Assembly (NCBI GenBank): GCA_023515725.1
Contig: JALDTO010000164.1
Coordinates: 1-64,000 of the forward strand
Reading direction: 5' to 3'
Length of the DNA: 64,000 bases
From: Amoeboaphelidium protococcarum X5
Lineage: Eukaryota > Fungi > Aphelidiomycota
Below, piece after piece: positions 28,197-42,900 of this stretch; position 1 is the stretch's first letter; every line of letters begins with the position of its first letter. Position numbers and translations under genes: made by a program. The notes under the pieces were generated by a model, which ran no database searches, was not told the DNA's origin, and saw only the letters and a list, made by a program, of their open reading frames with translations.

Positions 28197-31100
28197 ATGG
28201 ATGTATCAACGTTGTAAGGTGGCTCTAGAAGTTCTCTTACAGCTATAAAGAGTAATGATAATTTGGTGGGGCCAGATTAAGAGCAAGAAGGCGTCGAGTT
28301 TGGTCAGTCAGAATTGGTATTCAAGACACAGCCTCTCAATAACAGTAACTACATCTTGGATCATCATCAGTAGGATTTGCCAATGGAGGTTGATTTGAAC
28401 ACCTTAACCATAAGTTCCAACATTTTGCAGTATCTTATATCTAAAGATTATCTTCTGAGTGCACTTGAGTTCTTTACTGAGCTCTCAGAAGATGGTGTCC
28501 ATATCAGATAGTATAAGGAGTATTTTGCTAATCATCGCAATTTTGAGGTTGGTTCAATGGGACGTTATCGCGGCCATCCTAGAAATGCTAGTGATATGTC
28601 TGCTAGATCTGTTGGCCATGGACGTTTTGCGAGTGATATCACCGGTAATGATGTCGACACCTTATCTTCGCTGGAGGATAGCAAGTCTAAATAGAGTGAA
28701 AGTGTTTCAATGTCTGAACTCCCGCCGTTCAATAATGATTATGTGGCATCACTGGAGTCTGATCTTGCGTCTCTGAGGACTGAGAATGATAATTTAAGAA
28801 AGAAGTTGGAAGCTTTATAACAATCTGTGTAGTCTGTGTAATCATCTTCAGGGAAAGATGTCAATCTGATCAAGTAGGATATTGCAGGGTTGAACAGTTA
28901 AACTTAATATGTTGCATCTGCGCCATCGGCATCTGCATCTCAAACTCCACAGAGATAGCCAATTCTCAGTTCTAGATTGTAAAAAAGATTACTGAATTAC
29001 ATGGTCAATCAATTTCTGGTAAAGAATGGCTGGAAAATGACATCTGCAACGTTCCTTGAGGAAATTGAAGACTTTGGACCTGGTCATTACGATGATTCTT
29101 TGTATAAAGCCTTTGAGTAAATTCCGTCGTTGAATGAAGTTTTTAACGCTTGGCTCAACTCTTTGGCAAAGTCATCAACTCCCATAGCTCTGTCTGCATA
29201 TGGCGGTAATGAAGAGCACTTCTCCAGTAGCTTCGCTGGTACAATCCCCGATTCCTCAACACCAGTGAATCTTGCTAGAAGTCGAGTTCGGTCCGATAGT
29301 AAATCGTCTGTTGTTTCAATCTCTGAGACTATTAGAAGAGATTTGGCTGATGTGCAAATTTATGGTCAAATCAGCTAACCTGCGTAATTTAGTAGGAGAT
29401 TGGATAATAGAGCTCCGTCGACTGATGCATAGTCTCTGATAGCTCGTGATAACAAACTAGCGTTATCTTTGCCTGTACAAATTGTTAGCAGCAAAGAAGA
29501 CTAGGTGAATAAATCTACGTACAGCTAATTGTTGCATCGATTTTATGAGTTGCACACTTAATCTGCAGCTACTAATTAGGCCACTACAGTTTTTGGTTCA
29601 AGATCTTTGGTGCATGCGCTCACTGACAACTTGGGTGAGATCGTAGCTAATACTCTACTGACTAAGAGAGAATAGTTGATGGAATTATTGTTTCTGGTAC
29701 TTTCTGTTTGTTCTAATGAGTAGGATCAAGATAAGCTTATTAAAACGCTATTGACTTTGATTAGAAAGCCGGATGAGCGGTAAAGAACCGTGGTGTGTCA
29801 AGGATTTGTTAAATTGACCCATATTCTTGGCTCATCTGGACATGCTATGGCTGACAAGGTGGTACAGAATTGTGTGATTGAACTTGCAGGTACCAAGTTT
29901 ATTGAGCGCAAAGTGCTGGCGACTGAGATATGTGGCGCGTTGGCTCCCTATTTAGAGCGTAAAGACAGTCTCATTGATTCTGCTCGATTTCTCTGTGCTT
30001 GTATGGATGAGTAAGACAGTTCTCTTCTTCAGTTTCATGCTGTTAAAAGTTTGGCGGCAGTTTTGGATGGTGCGATGCGTGATGAAGTGTCCTCGCATGA
30101 TTGCAATCCTATAGTATCTCTGCTTTATCCATTTTTGGAAAAGGCTCTGGACAGTGTCAGCTTGGATGTTGTCAGTATCACTAACGAGGTGTTCTGTGGT
30201 GTGCTTTTTGAATTTTTAAGTCACTGCCAATTGCTTAAATAACATGGCGGATAGCAGCTTTTTGATTGTGTTTAGCAGATATCATAGTCTATAGAGGTGT
30301 ATTTTGGTGAGAATATTGATGCAGTGTTTGATCCTGCTTCCTAATATAAGATTTCTCGCTACGCCAAATTGCTGTAAAAAGCAATTCCAGATATGCACAG
30401 AACAATGCTTGCGTCATCTCCTTGGGCTGAAGATGGCGTCAAGTTAAAAGATACAGACGCTGATGATGGTATAGGCCAGGACATTGATTTAAAAGCTCTC
30501 TCTGTCAAATTTAATACAAGTCTTGTAAATGCTGAAGGTATTGTTTGGCCTGCGATGGTGTTTTGTACTCAATCATTTGTCACTCTGTTGATATAGTTGT
30601 TGAGCAAGTGCAATCCTAATAATGTCGTTGCGGCTAGTGAATTGTCGCGAGTCTTGTTGCGGTTTTGTTCTGAATTTGGACATGTTGTCACAGATTACTA
30701 CGTGAAGACTTACTTTGTAGATATTGTGGACGTGAAGTTGGTGACATTTCGCACAGAGAATCGTATCATCCCGTTGTTTTGTGGATATATTCCAGCATTG
30801 AGGTAGCCAGTTAAGATCTATGCCGAGTAGCTGGAAAGATTGCTATGTCTCTGGTCCAGTTCATAGGCTCTTTAGACTTCTAAACTTTGTCTTTTACGGC
30901 AAGCCGTATCTAACCTTTTGCAGTCTGACAAATCATTCGTAGAGCCTTCTCTTGATGTTTGCTCGAAGCTTGCGGATACTGATAATACTGACGTCAAATT
31001 GTAGATAAGCCCCCTTCTCTCCACAATAGTTCCTCATTTATCACAGGAGTTGCTTTTGAGTAAGCTGGTACCTGTGCTGTTACAGTTGATCAATGATGCC

Positions 31101-32582
31101 GACCGAAAAGTTCGAATTTCAGCCATATCCACCATCACCACCTTGTTGGAAATTGCTGGTAGGAATACAGAGCTGTTGGAGAGACTCGAGATTCAGATCG
31201 CTAATTTCTTATTTGACTCTGTGCCACTCATTTAGCTTGAGACGCTGAAGGCAATTGCACTCACTGTTTTGTACGTGGATGAATCCTTCAGAGACAACTT
31301 TATACTTCCAGCAATGGCGCGATGGTGCGCGAATGAACTCAAGTAAAGAAAGACCTCAACTGCTGAGGATAGAGATTGGACATTGAAGTTGATTTAGTCT
31401 ATCTTATAGATTTATCAAGGATTGACTAATGTATAAGCAAGAGAATAGTAGATTTAGACTTACATTTTGCCGTCATTGAGTGCAATTATGCAGCATCTTC
31501 AAGTTGTTATGGGTGAAGAAAAGCCTAACGCTATGCAATAACAGTCTTAGGTTTAGGATGAGTCTTCCAGAGGTGCTGATATAAATCTGTTAATTTGGGT
31601 TTAAAAGTTAATCTCTGAGTTTTCGCGAATGGTGACACCAAGTCAAGAGTCGCCTGTAGATAATCTCAATTTAAGCATTGCGGGGAAAGATAAAGCTAAA
31701 GCTGTGCTGAAACCTTCATAAAGCCTGTTGGCCAATCTTTTGCGTCTCGATACTGTAGAGACGCCAACTTCTAAGGCTGTAACTGGAGTAAACTTTTAAA
31801 CTCTACTGTCTGCATCCACACCAAAGGGTGTCTCTCCTAGTACAGCAAAATAAACTGCTGGAAATGCAGAGTCGGATAGTGTCAGCCGCAAGTTGGGCGC
31901 AGCTTTCTTCACTAGTAAGTTGTTCTCTAAGTTTTCTGACAAGCTGACAGTAACAGCTGCTGCTCCTCCATCAATCCCAGTTGCACCTCCGCAGTAGTAG
32001 TAATATTTATAGCAAGTAGATCAGAAATCTAATGGAAACAATCAAAGCAAGTAATTGCCTGAGTTGCCGCTTGATAGTGGGTCTACTCCTCAGTAAGCTC
32101 ATTAAACGTCTGGATCTGTGTAAAATACTCAGGCTTAAGTTGAAGATATATTGACATAAATTGCTGAGAACGTACGTGTTTTGGATTCTTAGGAAGTAAA
32201 GGATTAGCCCCATGTTGCTTTCAAAGAGCCTCTACCTTTGGCACAGGTTCAACAATAGCTAAACTCTGATAACTCTGATGCAGTCATTAAGCCAAAAGAG
32301 CCTTCCAACAAAGATTCGCTGATACCAGTTATCAATCGAAATAGATCCAAGACCAAGAATTTGTTTGATATTGATGAGGCAGATTTGATGAATATGTCAA
32401 CTTCTGCGCATATATCAAGTCCACTTTTGCAAGCTGCAGCAGAGCTTAGTCGAATGCGCGCCGATTCAGAAATGTCGAAGGAGCACGTTGTAGAAGCTCC
32501 TCCCAGAGTGCCCAGCGTGGTATCTGAAGTACAAGGCGACAATGAGTCGAAAGCGTTAAGTCTGCAGTCTTTAAATAAATGA
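28197..32582 (+). CDS. RELCH: RELCH/KIAA1468 (LisH, coiled-coil, HEAT) Rab11-binding protein, about 1461 aa
   Basis: YLISKDYLLSALEFFTELSEDG..KEYFANHRNFE, LisH LLNYMVNQFLVKNGWKMTSATFLEE, LIRKPDERQR, HEAT repeats, FRDNFILP. Confidence 0.85.
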
Positions 32583-32859
32583 TGACGCTGATGCTTTTAT
32601 ATCACATTTTTGTTTGATGCGTCATACATGTTGTGTGCATCTTCTCTCATAAATCGTTTCCGCAAACATTTGTGTTGTTTCAGACGCGTCGCCATGGCAT
32701 TGTCAAGCGGAATAAGCACTCGATTGTTTACCATCACTACATAACTGCAAGCAAGGTACCTACCTATTTTGCATATATCTATCTTATCCCTCAATTTGTT
32801 GAACAAAGTTTATATTTCCCCGATTAAATCCCTTGTATAAACTTTAAATACTGCAAAAT

Positions 32860-33438
32860 ATGGGCGCTGGAGGAGAAGGTAAATCAAGTTGGCAACGAAC
32901 TGTCTGCCTATCTGTGTGTTGTTTATTCGTGCTGCTTATCATCGGCATTGGTATCGCTGCGGCTATCATTGGAACCAGATTCTAAATGCCATCCACCACT
33001 ATCCAATCTATGGACTCTACTAATAATGCTTCCGTGTCTGGCACACAGTTCTAAGCACAGTACAAGATTACTACGCAGATTGTTAACAATAACATGTTTG
33101 ATATTCTGATCAGCGAGGCTGTCGTTAATACTTACTTGAATCAGACTTACTTTTTCGGTAAAGGAGTAAATAATGACTTTAATATGCCGCGCGATGGAGT
33201 GGCAGTTAATCTGACTACTGTTATCAATGGCGAATGGGACAGCAGCACTGACAATGGCAAGAGTGTCAGCAGCTATATCAAGCAAGAGTGTGGCCTTCTT
33301 GGTAGTGGTAAGCTCAATGTTTATTACACCATTGATGTGTCAGTCAAAGCGTTCATGATCGGTCCTTTCAAGATTAACTAGATAACCGGTAACACTCAAG
33401 CACCATGTCCTTTTAACGTGATTAGCATAATACTATGA
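32860..33438 (+). CDS. Single-pass membrane LEA_2/WHy-like protein, 192 aa
   Basis: Cys-flanked TM helix, MPST, IVNNNMFDI, conserved Cys pair with terminal CP; same architecture as 4736-5716. Confidence 0.65.
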
Positions 33439-33627
33439 TAACTGCGATGATGGAGAGATGATAATATTAAGACTTTGAAACTTGTATGATGTTTAATTGA
33501 TAAATTTTTTCAAATGACTATACACTTTGCTTTCCCTACTAATGCATTACTTATTCACACTGATTTCAGTAATTATTACAGTACAATCAATTTCCAATCA
33601 ACCACATAAGTCAATATTACACGAATC

Positions 33628-35082
33628 TCAAGCTTCCTAATCAGCAGTTTCCACCTACTATTACAATGCAGATACAGCAGAACTATCAACACTCTTTGCA
33701 GAATCATCCACAGACTTCTACTCAACAACATCAGCATTACTTACATTCTTCTCAGCCTCTTCCTCAGAATGCTTTGACTCTTCTCTGGTGCTAACGGCTT
33801 CATCTTGAGGACCTTCCGCGGACCGCATAGACTCATTCCCTACAACATTCTACACTTCATTATCTTTACATTCTGCTGCAACTTCCGGAGGCGCAGGAGT
33901 AGATTCGGGCACTTTATCCACAGCGTCTTCCCTGATCGGAGTCTGATTATCAGCCATGAGCATTGACTTCCACTTATCCATCAGAGCATTCGATCTCGCC
34001 AAGACATTATGCGGCTCCTCAGATTAAGATGTAAACTAAAGGGTGGAGATTCTCTTCAACACCTTGCCAATCTTGCTCTCTTTCAGCATATCAAAGGTCA
34101 GATCAAAACTCTCAAGTTCAGTAAGCAGAGAGTCAACGCGATGGAATTCATTCACCAGCGGACCTTCTGGTGAGAGAAAGATCTTTTACAAGCGATGACG
34201 AAGTGCCAGCAGTCTCTCAGCAGGATTTCGCTTGACAATAGGCTCCACACTTATACGTTCACCTTATACCTTTCCACTACCATTTGCTATGGTGTGCCTC
34301 TTATTGCGTTTGTTCTATTTAATAGCGGTGTCATCCTAGTCATCATCCACAATCTTTCGCTTTCGCTTAGTGGTAGATTTAGTCTAAGTAGCATCAGCTT
34401 CACTCTACCTTCTCTTTGTCTTCTTACTCTTGACAACTTCCTACTTCCCATCCACGTTGCTATCATCTTCGTCATCCTAATCTTGATCCAAAATCTCTTC
34501 TTCTTCTTCTTCTTCAATAACCGGTGCAGATGAGTAATCAAAATCCAACAACTCTGGCGTCATGGCCTCCGCAATGGCAAGAGCCAACTATTTATGACCT
34601 TTACCAGCGGTGGCCTTCTTACTAAACTGCTCATAATTCTTGCCTAGATATGGTACAATGATATCCTACTTTTATGCAAACGCGACTTCTCTAGTACCAT
34701 AAAATATGACAGGATAAGAGTTGGCAGCAATCTTGGCTTTAGGAATCAGCCTTAGCTGAGGTGGTAGATTATCGTGACTAAGAATCAACGCTGGCCAATG
34801 CGGAAATCCGCGCATCTTGAACCAGCACACAGTTCCCTGCTTTATTTCATCACTCTCGGCACTTATTTACAGTTTGGATTAGTGCCCAATTGTCTCAATT
34901 TTCTCTTTATCAACTTCTTGACTATCATCGACAGTGTCAACTTACTATTCGTCGAGTTCCTCTTCCTAAATCTGTTCATTTTAATTTCCATTATACTATT
35001 ACAACTACTTTTCACTGACATCTTCCTCCCTATCAACAACCATCTAATCGCTTGTGATCAATTACTCAGACTCAATATTCAT
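33628..35082 (-). CDS. PWWP-domain chromatin protein with TFIIS-N/IBD-like helical domain
   Basis: VCWFKMRGFPHWPA..YPVIFYGTREVAF; later LRHRLQKIFL..LTFDMLKESKIGKVLKRI..LMDKWK. Confidence 0.85.
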
Positions 35083-35538
35083 CTTTTTAATGGTATTTTT
35101 TACTACTACTGTATATTACTACAAAATTCAGTGAAATTAATAACGACCTATTTTAAGCGACAATATGAAGGAAGCTAACGTACAGTAAAGAGTTCTGCTT
35201 CAACGCCAAACGCGTTCGTCTTTTCTTTGGTTTTGTCAATCTCGCGAAGATCCTTTCTCGCCTCTTCTTTCTCTTACATCTGCGAGCATAGAAGTATCAG
35301 AAACCCAGTTATGGTTCTCTCGATCTTTTTCACTGTGTCTTTTCTCGCTATGATCCTATTGAGCCAATCACTGCGTGACAGAAGACGCGTCTTTTCTGAT
35401 TTTCGTCGCCTGAACCTTAGATCAACCGAAATAGCAAAATCACTTTCCGCTTTCCTACGCTGAAATCCACCCTATATTATTACTACTCACAATCTTAATT
35501 CGGATTACTAAAGAGGAGTTAAAAAATATTGAAATAAA

Positions 35539-35916
35539 ATGGTTGCATAGAAAAAAGTAAAGAAGAATTCAGAGGGCATCAACAGTCGCCTTGCTCTAGT
35601 GATGAAGAGTGGTAAATTCTCCATTGGATACAAGTCTACATTAAAGACTCTTCGCCAGGGTAAGGCGCGTCTGATTTTGATCAGCTCCAACTGTCCTGCT
35701 CTGCGTAAATCAGAATTGGAGTACTACGCCATGTTGTCCAAGACTGGTGTGCATCATTATGGAGGAAACAATATTGATCTGGGAACTGCTTGTGGTAGAT
35801 TTTATCGCGTCAGCACTCTGTCCATCATTGACGGTGGTGACTCTGACCTTTTGAAGAGCCAGGGCGGCGAAGAGGGAGAGAAGCCACAGACTGTCGCTCC
35901 ACCAAAGGGATTATGA
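35539..35916 (+). CDS. RPL30: 60S ribosomal protein eL30
   Basis: [53 protein letters not shown]. Confidence 0.98.
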
Positions 35917-36044
35917 TTTATTTCTGTCTGAAAATACATATATTATAATCTTTATTCAAGTTAGTTTGGTTAGACTGATTCAGTTGATTTGAAATGCAGG
36001 CATATAGCGCGCATACTTCTTTAATAACGTTTTATTTTGTATAT

Positions 36045-36452
36045 TCACAATTTCACTTATTCTAGAGACACCAACTTGTAATGGAGATACAGCTGCATGA
36101 TGTTATAAAAGATGCACGCGGCTACTTGCAAATACTCGAATATCGATCTGGAGTCGTCGCGTCCCAGAGCACCTCCAATTACAACTTCCCTATGCTTCAA
36201 TTTTACATTCTTACTCTTGGGGAAGGTGTACGTGAAGTTGGCTAGCGAAAGCAGACATAATACCAGAGAGAAGTAGTACATCGGAACAATTTTCATGTAA
36301 CTTGCTGCAAATGACAGACTCATTGCAACGATGCTCAAATCCGCTTGAGATGCCAAGGCCTCTTCATTGACTCTATACGGATACAAACCTTGCAGCATTT
36401 ATATTCTTCTTTCTCTATCTGCCGGCAATCTTAGCTGTGTTTATTGCGCCAT
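36045..36452 (-). CDS. Small multi-TM protein, Asterix/PAT10 (UPF0139)-like
   Basis: Three hydrophobic segments with ..MSLSFAASYMK..LCLLSLAN..DDSRSIF, similar in layout to Asterix. Confidence 0.45.
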
Positions 36453-36631
36453 ATTTTATAAAGTTCCAAGCATTTGTATTTCAGAATGTAGTATGAACAA
36501 TAGCTTTCTCTCTACAGTTGATGTAAATCGCTAGCGGCTGATGAAGCGAAAGGATTTTCGAGAGCGAAAACAACGAGAGATCAAAACTTTGTATATATTT
36601 TATCCATTTTTAAAGTACTATTACAAGCAAA

Positions 36632-37534
36632 ATGCTGCGATTATAGTAAAATGTTAGGCGATTCTCTGTGAAGAATCCATGTATATTTAGCGAGAGTCTG
36701 AGAATGAATAAAGCTCAGTTATCGCTGCTGGAAGAGAGAATCATCAATGACTTTCCATCTCTGCACAAGTACAATCCTTACGCGTCATAGAACGTTGCAC
36801 TGAATGATCAACCTCCTCAACCATTCAGATTTAGTAGATTTGGGCAGATATATCCAGGATCTGACTGTTTGAAAAACGCGCATATATTCTAGAAAGATAA
36901 GCTGGACAATGGTGTGTTGAACAATGGCTCAGTAGCTGTGGACTCTAATAAAAATCTTGCAGGTCGATCGTTCGCTATGGACAATAGGTGCGCAGTTGAA
37001 ATGGACCTTCAGGATGTGGTTGATGCATTCTTTTTCGAAAAAGCGCAGCTTATGAATAGTGATGGTAAGTCCATTGCTGTGTAAAAGATTGAAGAGTCTT
37101 AACGCGTCAGGGCGATGAATGTGCTGCGTAGTCTTTTACCTGTTGATACGATATACGCGTCATTGGATCATAGTGATCCATTGAGATTCGATGTCAACCG
37201 CATGGATGGCACTTTATATCCTTTGCACAACTAAAAGCCGTCAGATAAGACATAATTTGAGCTGGAATAGAGCATGATTGCTGTATATGATGATAAGTAG
37301 AAAACTGTGCGCCTGGAATGCTCCAAATTTGACGAATATGCTCTGAATAAATCATTCCTGGTAGATTCTTTATGCGATTGGATAATTGCGGCTAGTAAAC
37401 TAATTGGAGACGAAGAATATAAGGTTGATATCAGAGAATCTAGTTCTCCATCGTAATCTCGTGCTAAAAAGTCTATCGTTGACGAGATTCCAGAGTCGTG
37501 GAAGAGTAAAGAGTTTGCATAATAATTATAGTGA
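36632..37534 (+). CDS. Mitochondrial ribosomal protein mS35/Rsm24-like
   Basis: MTS-like MLRLQQNVRRFS; YDDKQKTVRLECSKFDEYALNKSFLVDSL and IPESWK resemble the Rsm24 C-terminal half. Confidence 0.65.
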
Positions 37535-37580
37535 TATCTGGCACTTTTCAACGATTGCAATAGATTAAAGTATACTTGAC

Positions 37581-38481
37581 TCATGTTGACGGTTTTCTAA
37601 ATAAACCACTCACTATCCTCCTCTTCTTCTGTTATTGAGCCCCAAATTTACCTGCCAGTAACGCGGTGATACCATCAGAACTTTTACGCGCGAGAATCTT
37701 TGGTCGCGGAGGAGGACCTGTAGGGATCTATAATGGCTTCATTGGCTGTGGATTCGGTAATTTACCGCTTATAGACTTGCTTTGCGTTGTTGAGCTCTTA
37801 GTATCAAGCTTACTCACAGCACTTGCAGTCTTAACTGGCTCTTTAGCCCTTTTAACTTGAGCAGCTTTCTTTGTCGCAACATTTTTTGATGTTGCTGATT
37901 TCAACGCGGCTTTCTAAGAGGAGGCAGATGAATCACTGAAATCACTTTCATCGCCAGAATCAACGTTACTTTCTTCAAATTCAGACTCTTCTCCTGCAGA
38001 ATCTTACTTAAATTATACTTTCTTTTTGGTCAAAGATTTTACATTTGATTATGGTTATTTCTCTGCAGTATTCTCTTTGTCTCGCGGAGGTGATTTTTAG
38101 TTCCTTTGAGATGTTTCAACCGTTTCAAGAACTACAGTCTCGGCATCAGACACCTCACCTTCAGCTTTGTGATAAGACAAATTACTTGAATTTTATGGCA
38201 ATTCTACATCTTCTGGTTTATTCTAACCAGCATTCTTTTTAACTATTTTCTTCTTTTATTAAGACGACAGTGATTATGATGATAACTTTCGTTCTTGCCC
38301 ACTCTGCTTTTAGCGTTTAGAACCATCTTCAATACCTTTCACAGGTTGAGAACTGTCTTGAAAGTCGGAATCGTCATCTTCAACATCAAGCCCAGCATAC
38401 GATACGCCTCTACAACAAAAACATAAATATTAAATGCTCCATAAATTCGATGAATACTTACTTGGATGCTCTCCTGCTCAT
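37581..38481 (-). CDS. Low-complexity basic/acidic nuclear protein, weakly RAD51AP1/NUCKS-like; intron 38410-38461
   Basis: MSRRASK|GVSYAGLDVEDDDSDF, K/S-rich body, C-terminal RRIVSGLFRK; GTAAGT..TGTAG intron. Confidence 0.5.
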
Positions 38482-38650
38482 ATGTTATTAAAATGCGTAC
38501 TATATCTAAAAGTCACCAATATTATCAGGATGTTTCAAGATGAAAAGTTGAAACGAAAGGAGTTTACTATTTCAGAAACTAATGGTGATTACAAACACCC
38601 ATATATAGTATCTCAACAGTAAATAGATAAAATTACTTAGAATTTAAATA

Positions 38651-39710
38651 TCACTTTTTACGCTAGCGAGGAGTCTCTTGAGCAAAAGAATCCGCAGCAA
38701 TTTACTACTTCTTACTTAGTGATCTACCTCGGGAACGACTTCTACCACGCGACTTTGCAGTAGATTTGGAAGTCGCGTCTGCCTTCAACTGTGGTATTTG
38801 CGCCGTAATGTCAGCCTCCACTATATCTCCCTCATTAATTTACAATGTGATGTCGACAGGGACTTTAATAGAGGGATGAGCATCGATGGCGGTCAGTGTT
38901 CCGCAAGAAATCAGTAACTGTATGCCATTAATAAAGTGTTTCAACGTGCACCAGGGCAGGCAGACAAACATTACCCAAATCCAGACATTATGAGTCTTAT
39001 CCATTAAAGTAACTACATTAAAATGACAAGACTTGAATAATTGGAAATGTATAGAGTAAAGTAAACATCTAACCTTTGTGGTACATTTCAGGAAATGCAG
39101 CCAGGTACATGGCGATGAAAAATAATTCATTTGCAGCGCATAGACCAAACAGAACTGCTCTGTTCTCATAGTATAAACGCAGTAGCCAGAAACTGTTGGC
39201 CTAACTCTTTTTATGGTCGTCATTACCTGCCTGCAAAGTGCTCACCATGTGCATATAATGGGACGTGAAGTCTAGAGCAATCAGTCCTTGAAATAATGTG
39301 GCATAATGAGGATGAGTTACAGCAAGGTATACCATCAATGAAGCTGTCGTGCTTCTGTCGATAACCATGTCTAGAACGGCTCCAAATTTAGACTCTACAA
39401 TGACCGTCGAACATTAGCATTATTTAATTAATTTAATGATACTTGAAATCAACTAGAGTCTTACTCTAATTCAGAGTCCGTGCAAGGTAGCCATCAAGTG
39501 CATCGAACAGACAAGAGGCCACGTAAGCAGCTGCCGTGATAGATGGGTCCTTATCCATCGTATAACATGCTACCACGGCCAATAGTATTCTGACATATCC
39601 TACACACAAAACTTGAATTCACTCCAACAATTTATCATTACACAAAGCAGAAAATAAACATTACCAACCACGTTTGGCCAATAAAGATATATTTATAACT
39701 ATGATGGCAT
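38651..39710 (-). CDS. PIS1: CDP-DAG:inositol phosphatidyltransferase, 3 introns
   Basis: YWPNVVGYVRI, FDALDGYLARTLNQ.SKFGAVLDMVIDR, LDFTSHYMH, LCAANELFF, KHFINGIQL. Confidence 0.93.
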
Positions 39711-39923
39711 ATTGAATTGTTAACTTCACGATTTACTATCCACTTTTATGAAATTGCGTTTCACTTTGTTTTAAACAACTGAAGAGAAGCGCGCACGGGA
39801 TAGAGTAGACGCGCATCACTTTACATTCGCATATGAAACGCGCGTATTGGTTGAGATCAAAAATTGATAGAGTGATAGAGATATCAAATTAACTGAAAAT
39901 CAACGATTTATTGTCACTGAAAA

Positions 39924-42900
39924 TCAACTGTATTGTCTCAAGTCAAATTCAATTTCCTGTGCCAATTGCCTATCAGATGCCAGAATGTCTTCCATTTCAA
40001 CGCGAAAGTCGGAGACTACTTCTCTCAGATAGATCATCAGGTGCTTCAGCAGCGGAGATCTGATCGACTCCAGCTTGTGTTTCATTTTGATAACAATTGG
40101 TATGATATTCTCAACAGCAATTTTACGAGAGATCTAGCTGTGAATCTTGTTACTGATAGCATTCAACTTCTTCTCGGCAGCTTCAGACAATTCCTCTTCC
40201 TCATCAGCCTTGATAGGTTTCAAATTACTTTTGATATCTTTACAAGCGAGAACATGCAAAGTGTCGATCAGGACAGACTTATCACACTCTTCCACGAGTC
40301 CGATCGCATCATCGACGTAAGCCTTGAGGATATCGGTGCAAAGCTTTTTGGTTAACAGGAATCTGTGTTCATCGCTCATGTGCTACAAGGCAAAAGAATA
40401 AACCTCCATGCGCTTCTACTGCATCATTTCATCGACACCTGCTAGGGAGAACTTGTTCCGTCCAGACTCTGCGGCACTAAGAAGAAATGCAGCTCTACCT
40501 TGCATGGCATCATTAAAAAAGAAGATGGAGTCGACAAAACTTGAGAATATCACCTGGCTATTCTTACCCAAGATTTGCAACATGCACGTCTTTGCCATAT
40601 TCGACACAGATGGGACATCAACGACAGCATACAAAAATTTGAATATTAAGGCTCCTTTCCATTTTATATAATCTTCTTAGAGCAGATTAGTCAACAATGA
40701 CACTGCCTGCAGGCGTATGTTAGCATTTGAGTCAGCCAAACAATTCGATATGGTTGGAATATACGGATCAACCACTCTGGTGTATCTCTTACACAAATCA
40801 ACAAGAGTCATCATTGCATTATTTCTCACAACAACGTCTTTAGAACTCTCCAGCTCTCGCGCAAACACAGGCACGTACTGTTTGGCTAATTTATCATACA
40901 CTAGAGCAATTTTACCCAAAGCAATGTAAACGTGTCCTTGAATCACACTAGAGTGGATGACATGATTAGAAGTGGCTGCAGCTATCAACATCAGCAGTTT
41001 ATCACAGATAGACTCTTTGACCAACTGCGGATTGATGAGTGCCATTTCACCATACGAGAATATGATTTTTGAAACTTGGTCCTACTTCAAACGTAAGCCT
41101 CTATCGACAACCTCAATAATCTTGATTTCCAGCATTAACATCAGATCCACCTACCACAAAGTATCTGAATTCAATTTACAGATAGACTAGATGGCTGCAA
41201 ATATGTAAGATAGCAATGCTGTTGGCGCACTGAATGCTCGAACATATTCCAATAATTCACCTAATATCATGCTGTTACAAGCTTCAGAGAGCAGAGAGGC
41301 CTGACAGCTAATTAGCTTGAGCACATACGGGCAAAATGGCTACGTCAAATCCATCTTGAGTAGATCCCAGCCAAATAGCAAATCTCCTTCGCTGATACCA
41401 GATTTACTCCAGCAAGAGATAGTCGATAAGAACATCCAATAACCGGCATCAACCTTTCTATTCCTCGTCTCAACAACCAAGTGTTTTATAAATTCTTCCT
41501 GCAACGGCTCCTTACGTATGTACATCTCGATCATCAGTGATAGAAGGGAATGATACGTGTAATTGGACGAGTAAATACACTTGCAAAACTGATCTAGAAA
41601 TATACCACGTTAGTCATCATCCACCTTCAAAACCAAATCTTGGAAGCAATTCACCGCCTCTTCTTGTACAGGCACCTCAGTGTCTTTCAAAGAGTTAAAG
41701 CAGCATTGAATCCAATAATTCCACATTGTCTCCATCTCGGGGAACAAAGTCACAAGCTCAGTCAAGCACCTCACAGTTGACTTGCGAATGGTCATCACAT
41801 GATCCTTGTATCTTTCAGCGAGCTGCTTTAGCAAAAATTCCACATGTTCAATGTTGAGTTATTCCATGTAGTGAGCCATAATGATAAATTTGACAACACC
41901 CACAGTGGGGCGACGAACCGTAGACTTTTCATCATTCAATCGGCGGACTATGGTACTCAAGAAACTAGGGAAGTGACTCTGTACATGTTGCAAAAAGTAT
42001 CGCTTATCCTTGTTCTCCATTGCACACTCAAGAACTTGACCAGTACAGGTAATAGCTCTGGCCCTCACAGTCGGAATCTTATCCGCACAACCGTTTAGCA
42101 GCACTTCAATAATAGACGCTACTGATTTTTCATCGATGTTGATGCTTTAATGCATGAGTATCGATGACTGCAGGTCAAAAGCAAATGCTCTCAGAGTATT
42201 CTTTGCATTAAACGATAACTTGCCTAGCCAGTCGATATACTTCATTTGCAGAGACTCATCCAACAATGGCAAAACTCCCAGAATTACTCCATTGACAAAA
42301 GCACGAAACTCAGCCTTATCGACAACGGTAAAAGCAAGCTATTAGATCAACACATATCCTTGAAATTACACCGATCGATCCTTAGGTAGATCATCTTAAT
42401 TGCGATTGTTGGATAAAATCAATTTCACAAATCTTACAGCGTGATCTGCTTCAGAAATTAGTTGCCTATTCAATCCGGACTGTTCAAAAGAGACCTAAAG
42501 GGTGATCAGTGGGAGCAATTCCAGGAACATTTACGCACATATTTTACCGCAAGCACCATGCTTCTCGTCAATGATGAGTGACAACGCTTCCTGCGACTCT
42601 TGGCGCAATTACGGCAACAACTTTGCATGCTTTAAATTCTAATTCTTGATCTGCATTCCCACTTAAGACACATTAACTAGAACAGATATCAAATGATACA
42701 GCAATTCACCGTAGCTCTTTAAGGACACTTGATGACAGAAAGTGCAAAATTCAGAAATCAAGTCAATCGTAGCCTGGTAAATATCTTTCAACTCCAATTC
42801 AGTCAGTGCATCTTGTTCGGCCTCATTATCGTTATCTTTTTACTACTCAAACAGACTCAAGGACGATATAGGGGACCTGATAAGAGAGGCAACATTATGT

